Below, in pieces: positions 41,832-48,169 of a stretch of DNA of 48,169 bases. This DNA comes from Candidatus Fervidifonticultor secundus (GTDB taxonomy: Bacteria; Sysuimicrobiota; Sysuimicrobiia; Sysuimicrobiales; Humicultoraceae), in the NCBI GenBank assembly GCA_031459385.1, contig JAVKIP010000021.1, forward strand, positions 1 through 48,169. Reading direction: 5' to 3'. A model generated the notes under the pieces. That model worked only from the letters and a program-made list of their open reading frames with translations, had not been told where the DNA came from and did no database searches. The translations under genes and the position numbers were made by a program. Within the stretch, counting starts at the first letter, position 1. The number at the start of each line of letters is the position of its first letter.

Positions 41832-42233
41832 ATGCAGCTGACGCGACAAGCCGATTACGCCGTCCGGATCGTGCTGGACCTGACCGGCCGCTACCCTCAG
41901 GGTGTCGCCCGCTCCGCCGAGATCAGCCGGCGCCAGCACGTGCCGCGGGCCTTCCTCGCCAAGATCGTGCGCGGGCTGGCGCGCGCCGGCATCGTGCAGA
42001 CGGCCCGCGGGGCAGGCGGCGGGATCCGACTGGTCGAGGACCCCTCGCAGCTCACGCTGCGGCAGGTCATCGAGGCCATCGAGGGCCCGATCCGGCTCAA
42101 CCGCTGCCTGCTCCGGCCGCGCGAGTGTCCGCTCGACCGGACGTGCCCGGTGCACCCGGTGTGGCAGCGGGTCCAGCGCGTCCTCATCCGGGAGCTCGAC
42201 GCCGTCACGTTCGCTCAGCTTCGACACCCATGA
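41832..42233 (+). CDS. Rrf2-family Fe-S transcriptional regulator 2
   Basis: MQLTRQADYAVR, FLAKI, RGAGGGIRL, IEGP, CLLRPRECPLDRTCPVH. Confidence 0.93.
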   Translation: MQLTRQADYAVRIVLDLTGRYPQGVARSAEISRRQHVPRAFLAKIVRGLARAGIVQTARGAGGGIRLVEDPSQLTLRQVIEAIEGPIRLNRCLLRPRECPLDRTCPVHPVWQRVQRVLIRELDAVTFAQLRHP

Positions 42234-42300
42234 CCGGTGAGGGGCACCGAACGCGGCACGGCCCCACTACCACACCGAGATCGGCACAAGGAGGAGCGCC

Positions 42301-43485
42301 ATGTACAGGAATCGCGTGATCAGGATCGGGGCGGCGACCCTGGCCGTCGCCCTGCTGGCGGGTGCCGGCGTGCTGACCGGGTGGCCCCGGCTGTCGCGGG
42401 GCGACCCGGACGCATTGCACAACCACGCGCACCGAGCCCTTGATGAATCCCGGGACGCCGGCTTGGCGGCGGCCGGCGCCTGGCAACCGGCCCCCATGTT
42501 CATGGACCTGCTGATGGGCGGCCCCCTGGCGGCCCAGGCGGCGCAGCGCGTAGCCGCGCAGGTGGCGGCGGGCGCCGCACCGGCCGCGCCGACACCCTCC
42601 CCGCGCGTCTCCCAGCAGGGCGGCAAGACCGTGCGCGAGTACACCCTCGAGATCGTCGAGCGCACCATCGACTTCGGGGGCGGGAACACCTGGACCGTGT
42701 GGACGTACAACGGCACGGTGCCCGGGCCGACGCTGCGCGTGAAGGTGGGCGAGATCCTGCGGGTACGGGTGGTCAACCGCCACAACCGCGTCCACTCCTT
42801 CCACACCCACCTGAGCCACTACCCGCTGGAGAACGACGGCTCCCAGGCCAACATCATCAGCGGGAAGGGCACCGGCGCCATGATCCCGCCCGGCAAGGAG
42901 TACGTCTACACCTTCCGGCCCGACCGGGCCGAGGCCACCTACTACCACTGCCACTCGGCCGACAAGGAGTTCCCGATCAATCAGCACATGCTCCAGGGGC
43001 TCTACGGCGTGGTGGTGGTCGAGGATCCCAAGGCGGCGGCCGGGCGCGAGGAGGTGCTCTTCATGGCCGAGACGACGCGCCTCAAGCAGGGCACCAGGGT
43101 ACCGCCCTACGTCATGAACGGGCTGGGCGTCCCTGGCGGCGAGCTGGCCCTGGAGGAGATCTACAAGGAGAAGGGCCTCGACGGCGTGGTGGCGCAGCTG
43201 GGCAAGACCGTCCCCTTCTTCAAGATGAAGGTGGGCGAGCGGATGAAGCTGCACGTCGTCAACATCGGCAACCTCGACCACAGCCTCCACATCCACGAGA
43301 TCCCGCTGGTGTCGTTGGGAGTGCTGGGCGGCCGGCCCTGGCCGGCCCAGGTCGTGCCCCTGGTGGGCGGGGCGATGGACACGCTGCTGATCCAGTTCCG
43401 CTACCCCGGCCTGTGGCTCTTCCACTGCCATGTGGTGGACCACGCCGACCGGGGGATGGTGGGCGTGTTCGTCGTGGAGCCCTGA
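42301..43485 (+). CDS. Secreted two-domain multicopper oxidase
   Basis: WTYNGTVPGPTLRVKVGE; HSFHTH...YHCH...QHMLQGL; HSLHIH...FHCHVVDHADRGM. Confidence 0.85.
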   Translation: MYRNRVIRIGAATLAVALLAGAGVLTGWPRLSRGDPDALHNHAHRALDESRDAGLAAAGAWQPAPMFMDLLMGGPLAAQAAQRVAAQVAAGAAPAAPTPSPRVSQQGGKTVREYTLEIVERTIDFGGGNTWTVWTYNGTVPGPTLRVKVGEILRVRVVNRHNRVHSFHTHLSHYPLENDGSQANIISGKGTGAMIPPGKEYVYTFRPDRAEATYYHCHSADKEFPINQHMLQGLYGVVVVEDPKAAAGREEVLFMAETTRLKQGTRVPPYVMNGLGVPGGELALEEIYKEKGLDGVVAQLGKTVPFFKMKVGERMKLHVVNIGNLDHSLHIHEIPLVSLGVLGGRPWPAQVVPLVGGAMDTLLIQFRYPGLWLFHCHVVDHADRGMVGVFVVEP

Positions 43486-43518
43486 GCCGGCGGCTGGGGA
43501 GGCGGCGGTGCGCACAAG

Positions 43519-43564
43519 ATCGGGTGGAGACCCGATGGCCCACCGCCGCCCGCTCGGCTAGGCT
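43519..43564 (+). promoter_or_regulatory. Palindromic box plus -10-like hexamer (CBS gene 2)
   Basis: ATCGGG-TGGAGA-CCCGAT (43519-43536), 22 nt, TAGGCT (43559-43564). Confidence 0.75.
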
Positions 43565-43592
43565 GACTGGTAATCTCCCACGGGGCCCGGAG

Positions 43593-44309
43593 ATGCTGGT
43601 TCGGGACTGCATGACGCCTGACCCGACCACCGTGGCGCCGCAGACGTCGCTGGGCGACGCGCTGCGCGTGATGCGCCGGCAGCGGATCCGCCACCTGCCC
43701 GTGATGGAACGCGACCGCCTGGTGGGCATCGTGACCTGGACCGACCTGATGCGGGCATCGCCATCCCCGGCGAGCGGCTTGGCTGCCTGGGAGATCCCGG
43801 AGTTGCTGGCGCAGGCTCCCGTCCGCGACGTCATGACCGAGCACCCGGTGACGGTGGCACCAGACCTGCCCGTCGAGGATGCCGCCCGCCTGCTGCGGGA
43901 GCGCAAGATCGGCAGCCTGCCGGTGGTCGACGGCGACCGCCTCGTGGGCATCGTCACCGAGAGCGACCTCTTCGACGCATTGGTGCGGCTGCTGGGCGGC
44001 GATATCGGCGGCGTGCGCATGGCGGTCGACCTCCCCGCGGGCCTGGTCGACGTGGACCGGCTGATCCACGCCCTGGAAGGGGTCCGCGGCAAGACGCCGA
44101 CCGTGGTGATCGCCGTGCGGCTCGACCAGGCGACGCGCCGCGGCTATGTGCGGCTATCGACCGCCACGCCGCTGCAGGTGGCCGAGGCGCTGGCCGCCGA
44201 GGGGTTTCACGTCACACAGCTGAAGGTCAGCCCGCGACCGCGGCCGGACGCGCCGCAGGACCTGACGGTGCAGAGAGCCGACCCCACGACCGCACCGGGG
44301 CACCCCTGA
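43593..44309 (+). CDS. CBS-pair protein (AcuB-like) 2
   Basis: MLVRDCMT, RHLPVM, RLVGIVTWTDL, WEIP, KIGSLPVV, GIVTESDLF. Confidence 0.88.
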   Translation: MLVRDCMTPDPTTVAPQTSLGDALRVMRRQRIRHLPVMERDRLVGIVTWTDLMRASPSPASGLAAWEIPELLAQAPVRDVMTEHPVTVAPDLPVEDAARLLRERKIGSLPVVDGDRLVGIVTESDLFDALVRLLGGDIGGVRMAVDLPAGLVDVDRLIHALEGVRGKTPTVVIAVRLDQATRRGYVRLSTATPLQVAEALAAEGFHVTQLKVSPRPRPDAPQDLTVQRADPTTAPGHP

Positions 44310-44370
44310 CGTCTCCGCCGCGTTACCGGCGGCCGCGTCACCGCCGGCCCCGTCGCCTCCGGCGTTCCGA

Positions 44371-44416
44371 ATAGGGCACGGGCCCGATGGACGCCCCGGC
44401 CCGTGCGTGGTAATTC
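44371..44416 (+). promoter_or_regulatory. Palindromic box plus -10-like hexamer (hydrogenase operon)
   Basis: ATAGGG-CACGGG-CCCGAT (44371-44388), 22 nt, TAATTC (44411-44416), preceded by TGG. Confidence 0.7.
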
Positions 44417-44473
44417 GAAAGGTGAGTCTCCCGGATCCCGGCGCTGCGGGTCCCCGCGTGCGGAGGCTGTGGC

Positions 44474-44863
44474 ATGCACGAGCTCTCGATCTGCCAGGCG
44501 CTGATCGAGGTCGCAGCCGATGCCCTGGCGCGTGTGCCCGCTCCCTCGCCCCGCGTGCTGCGTGTCACGGTCAGGGTCGGTCGCCTGACAGCGGTAGTCC
44601 CCGAGGCTCTCCGCTTCCATTTCGACCTCCTGACCCCCGGCACGGTGCTGGAAGGGGCTGAACTCGCCATCGAGGAGGTCCCCGCGCGCGGACGGTGCGC
44701 GGCCTGCCTGTATGAGTTCGCAGCGGACGGGTTCCCATCGCGCTGCCCTGCCTGCGGGGCCCGCGACGTCCTGGTCTCTGGCGGGCAGGATCTGGACGTG
44801 GTCGCCCTGGACGTGGCCGACGACGATGCGCAGGAGCCGGTCGATGTCGCCCACACCCGATGA
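44474..44863 (+). CDS. hypA: Hydrogenase nickel chaperone HypA
   Basis: MHELSI, VG.L..V.PEALRF.F, CAAC, CPACG, SGG. Confidence 0.95.
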   Translation: MHELSICQALIEVAADALARVPAPSPRVLRVTVRVGRLTAVVPEALRFHFDLLTPGTVLEGAELAIEEVPARGRCAACLYEFAADGFPSRCPACGARDVLVSGGQDLDVVALDVADDDAQEPVDVAHTR

Positions 44864-46049
44864 GACCGGCATGATCGCCACGCACGCGGGGTGGACCGCA
44901 CAGGCGCCGCTGTGGGCTCGCCACGGCATCTCACGTCGGCAGTTCCTGAAGTTCTGCGCCGCCATGGCCGCCACCCTGGCACTGCCCGAACGGTATGCGG
45001 CGCGCATCGCCCGGGCGCTCGCGCAGGCCAGGCGCCCGGCCCTGGTGTGGCTCGAGTTCCAGGACTGCGCCGGGTGCACCGAGTCGTTCCTGCGGGCCAG
45101 CCGGCCATCGGTTGCCGACCTGGTGCTCGACCTCCTCTCGGTCAACTACCATGAGACGATCATGGCGCCTGCGGGCAGCGCCGCTGAGAAGTCGCTGATG
45201 GACACCGTGCGAGGCGAGAAGGGCCGCTACCTCGTGGTGGTAGAAGGATCGATCCCGATCAAGGACGGCGGCGTCTACTGCACCGTCGGCGGACGCACAG
45301 CCCTGGAGATCGCCCGGGAGGTCTGCGGGAACGCCGCGGCCACCATCACCGTGGGGGCCTGCGCGTTCTACGGTGGCTGGCCGGCAGCCCGTCCCAACCC
45401 CACCGGCGCCGTGGGCGTGGCCCGGGCGGTGCCCGGGATCCGCGTGATCAACCTGCCCGGGTGCCCACCCAACGCCGTCAACATCACCGCCACCCTGGTG
45501 CACTTCCTGACCTTCGGCGACCTGCCCGCCACCGACCAGCAGGGCCGGCCGCTGTTTGCCTACGGCGAGCGCATCCACGACCGGTGCGAGCGGCGGGCCC
45601 ACTTCGACGCCGGACGGTTCGTGGAGGAGTGGGGCGACGAGGGCCACCGCCAGGGCTGGTGTCTCTACAAGATGGGGTGCAAGGGGCCAGCGACGTTCCA
45701 CAACTGCCCGACGGTGCGCTGGAACGACGGCACCAGCTGGCCCGTGGGGGCCGGGCACGGGTGCATCGGGTGTGCCGAGCGTGACTTCTGGGATGCCATG
45801 TCACCGTTCTACCGGCGTCTGCCCCGGGTGCCGGGGGTCGGCATCCACACCACGGCTGACCGGATCGGCGCGTGGATCGCCGGCGGGACCGCGGCGGCCT
45901 TCGCCGTCCATGGCGTGGCCAGTGCCGTGCGAGCGCGGCGGGGCCCCGGGGGGCCTGCGCCAGCCGCGAGCCCGGCCGGAGTACCCACGGGGCCGTCAGT
46001 CGAGGCGACAGCAGAGGAGTCCCCTGGGCAGGAACCGGAGGATGCCTGA
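44844..46049 (+). CDS. Group 1 [NiFe] hydrogenase small subunit (Tat signal, C-terminal TM)
   Basis: SRRQFLKFC, QDCAGCTES, YHETIMA, PGCP, IHDRCERR, WCLYKMGCKGP, GHGCIGC. RBS AGGAG before ATG 44844 (alternative ATG 44871). Confidence 0.95.
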   Translation: MSPTPDETGMIATHAGWTAQAPLWARHGISRRQFLKFCAAMAATLALPERYAARIARALAQARRPALVWLEFQDCAGCTESFLRASRPSVADLVLDLLSVNYHETIMAPAGSAAEKSLMDTVRGEKGRYLVVVEGSIPIKDGGVYCTVGGRTALEIAREVCGNAAATITVGACAFYGGWPAARPNPTGAVGVARAVPGIRVINLPGCPPNAVNITATLVHFLTFGDLPATDQQGRPLFAYGERIHDRCERRAHFDAGRFVEEWGDEGHRQGWCLYKMGCKGPATFHNCPTVRWNDGTSWPVGAGHGCIGCAERDFWDAMSPFYRRLPRVPGVGIHTTADRIGAWIAGGTAAAFAVHGVASAVRARRGPGGPAPAASPAGVPTGPSVEATAEESPGQEPEDA

Positions 46050-47758
46050 TGCCCAGGGTCGTCATCGATCCCATCACGCGCATCGAGGGGCATCTCAGGA
46101 TCGAAGCGCAGGTCGAGAGCGGGCGCGTGACGGATGCCTGGAGCTCCAGCACCATGTTCCGCGGCATGGAGCTGATCCTCAAGGGACGGGACCCGCGGGA
46201 TGCCTGGCTGTTCGCCCAGCGCATCTGCGGGGTCTGCACGACGGTTCACGCCCTCTGCGCCGTGCGAGCAGTGGAAAACGCGCTGAACATTGAGATCCCG
46301 GACAACGCCCGGATCATCCGGAACATCATCGCGGGGATCCAGTACGTCCAGGATCATGTGATCCATTTCTACCACCTGCACGCCCTGGACTGGGTCGACC
46401 TGATGGCCGCGTTGCAGGCCGATCCCGCCGAGACCTCCCGCCTCGCCCAGTCGCTCTCGCCGTGGCCCAAGGCCAGCACCACCTACTTCACGGCGGTCCA
46501 GGACCGCCTGCGCCGGTTCGCGGCGTCGGGCCAGCTCGGCCTCTTCGCCAACGCCTACTGGGGCCATCCGGCGTACCGGCTGCCACCGGCTGCCAACCTG
46601 ATGGCGGTCGCGCACTACCTGGAGGCGCTCGACTGGCAGTCCGAGGTCATCAAGATCCACGCCATCCTGGGGTCGAAGAACCCCCACCCGCAGACCTACC
46701 TGGTAGGCGGCATGGCCATCCCGCTGGACCCGCACAGCCCCACGGCGCTCAACGCCGACCGGCTCCAGCTCCAGCGCCAGCTGCTGGTAGCATCGCGCGA
46801 CTTCGTCGACCAGGTCTACCTGCCCGACGTGGTGGCCATCGCCGGGGCCTACAAGGAATGGACCCGCATCGGCACGGGCGTGGGCACCTACCTGTCGTAC
46901 GGTGACTTCCCCACCGACACCAGCGGGGATCCGGCCCGCCTGTGGCTGCCCCGCGGGGTGATCCTCGACCGGGACCTCTCACGCGTCCACCCCATGGACC
47001 AGCAGCAGATCACGGAGTTCGTCACCCACTCGTGGTACAGGTACGGCGAGGGCGACCAGGCGGCCAGGCATCCGTGGGAGGGCGAGACCGTGCCGGCGTA
47101 TACCGGGCCGGCGCCCCCCTACCGGTTCCTGGACACCGATGGGAAGTACAGCTGGATCAAAGCACCGCGGTACGACAACCGGCCCATGGAGGTAGGACCG
47201 CTGGCGCGGATGCTGGTGGCGTACGCCGCTGGCCACCGGCAGGTGCGGACCGCGGTCGACCGCCTCCTGGCGGCGCTGGGCGCAGGACCGGAGGCGCTGT
47301 TCTCCACCCTGGGACGCGTGGCCGCCCGGGCCATCGAGACCCAGCTCGTGGCCCACGAGCTCCTGGTCTGGCACGACCAGCTGGTCGCCAACATCGCACG
47401 CGGCGACCTCCGCATCCACAACGGGCAGCGCTGGGATCCTTCCACCTGGCCGCGGGAGGCAGGGGGCTGGGGGTTCCACGAGGCGCCGCGCGGGGCGCTC
47501 GGGCACTGGGTACGCATCAGGGACGGTGCCATCGCCAACTACCAGACCGTCGTCCCCAGCACCTGGAACGGGTCTCCGCGGGATGCCCGCGGCCAGCGCG
47601 GCCCGTACGAGGCGGCCCTGGTCGGCACCCCGGTCGCAGACCCCGCGCGGCCGGTGGAGATCCTGCGCACCGTGCACTCGTTCGACCCGTGCATGGCGTG
47701 CGCCGTGCACGTGGTGGGCCCCAGCCGGGAGCCCCTCGCCCGCATCCGCATCGTGTGA
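46049..47758 (+). CDS. Group 1 [NiFe] hydrogenase large subunit
   Basis: DPITRIEGHL, RICGVCTTVH, HFYHLHALDW, EAPRGALGHW, SFDPCMACAVH plus C-terminal extension. Confidence 0.96.
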   Translation: MPRVVIDPITRIEGHLRIEAQVESGRVTDAWSSSTMFRGMELILKGRDPRDAWLFAQRICGVCTTVHALCAVRAVENALNIEIPDNARIIRNIIAGIQYVQDHVIHFYHLHALDWVDLMAALQADPAETSRLAQSLSPWPKASTTYFTAVQDRLRRFAASGQLGLFANAYWGHPAYRLPPAANLMAVAHYLEALDWQSEVIKIHAILGSKNPHPQTYLVGGMAIPLDPHSPTALNADRLQLQRQLLVASRDFVDQVYLPDVVAIAGAYKEWTRIGTGVGTYLSYGDFPTDTSGDPARLWLPRGVILDRDLSRVHPMDQQQITEFVTHSWYRYGEGDQAARHPWEGETVPAYTGPAPPYRFLDTDGKYSWIKAPRYDNRPMEVGPLARMLVAYAAGHRQVRTAVDRLLAALGAGPEALFSTLGRVAARAIETQLVAHELLVWHDQLVANIARGDLRIHNGQRWDPSTWPREAGGWGFHEAPRGALGHWVRIRDGAIANYQTVVPSTWNGSPRDARGQRGPYEAALVGTPVADPARPVEILRTVHSFDPCMACAVHVVGPSREPLARIRIV

Positions 47759-47766
47759 GGACAGGG

Positions 47767-48169
47767 ATGGCCACCGCACCCCTCCAGCGCGTCTACGTCT
47801 GGGAGCCCCCGGTGCGCCTGACCCACTGGGTGAACGTGGCGGCCATCCTGGTGCTCTCGGCCACCGGCCTGTACATCGGCAACCCGTTCCTGCCGGGCGG
47901 CGTCGCAGTGATGACGTGGATGCGCGCCGCCCACAGGATCGCGGCGTGGGTCTTCGTGGCCAGCCTGGCGCTGCGTGCGTACTGGGCGTTTGTCGGTAAC
48001 CGGTGGGCGTCCTGGCGCGCTCTGGTGCCCTACCTGAGCGCAACGGGACGCCGCGAGACCACGGAGATGTTCCTGTACTACACGTTCGCCCGACGTCGCC
48101 CGCCGCCGGCAGTCGGCCACAACGCGCTGGCCGGCATGGCCTACTCGGCCGTGGTGCTGCTCATGCTCA
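47767..48169 (+). CDS. Ni/Fe-hydrogenase b-type cytochrome subunit (truncated by window end; not in the ORF track)
   Basis: MATAPLQRVYVWEPPVRLTHWVNVAAILVLSATGLYIGNPF...MRAAH...RAYWAFVGNRWA...GHNALA. Confidence 0.9.
   Translation, partial: MATAPLQRVYVWEPPVRLTHWVNVAAILVLSATGLYIGNPFLPGGVAVMTWMRAAHRIAAWVFVASLALRAYWAFVGNRWASWRALVPYLSATGRRETTEMFLYYTFARRRPPPAVGHNALAGMAYSAVVLLML

Noticed and set aside
42301..43485. NirK copper nitrite reductase
   Set aside because: HCH and HxH motifs in both domains indicate a trinuclear-cluster oxidase, and the NirK SSFH-type motif is absent.
44844..46049. O2-tolerant six-Cys proximal cluster
   Set aside because: The motifs read CAGC and CAFYGG, with Gly at both supernumerary Cys positions.
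46049..47758. [NiFeSe] hydrogenase
   Set aside because: The C-terminal motif is DPCMAC, encoded with TGC and no TGA.

Overview
High-GC bacterial window that is almost entirely + strand and forms an anaerobic-respiration island. In order it holds: the 3' end of a probable periplasmic binding protein and a NarL-type two-component system; a SagB-type dehydrogenase; an Arr/Arx/Psr-like molybdoenzyme operon with an atypical FS0 motif; a TtrBCA/SrdBCA-like operon; CMD and sfsA genes; a Nitrospira/anammox-type periplasmic NXR-like operon; two cupredoxins and a radical SAM gene; Rrf2 with a clade II nos cluster (nosB-nosD fused); DsbA/VKOR; hemerythrin, CBS and pyruvate:ferredoxin oxidoreductase genes; a second Rrf2 with a two-domain multicopper oxidase; and a group 1 [NiFe] hydrogenase that runs off the window end. 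Two signals are not visible in the ORF track. (1) A CopG/DUF411-type gene (16841..17428) is split by an in-frame TGA at the first Cys of its CxCC motif and followed by a SECIS-like hairpin, so it is a candidate selenoprotein. (2) An 18-bp palindrome, ATCGGG-N6-CCCGAT, occurs nine times upstream of operons, each time exactly 22 nt before a -10-like hexamer, which suggests a shared regulon. All family calls come from motif recognition by eye; no database searches were run.
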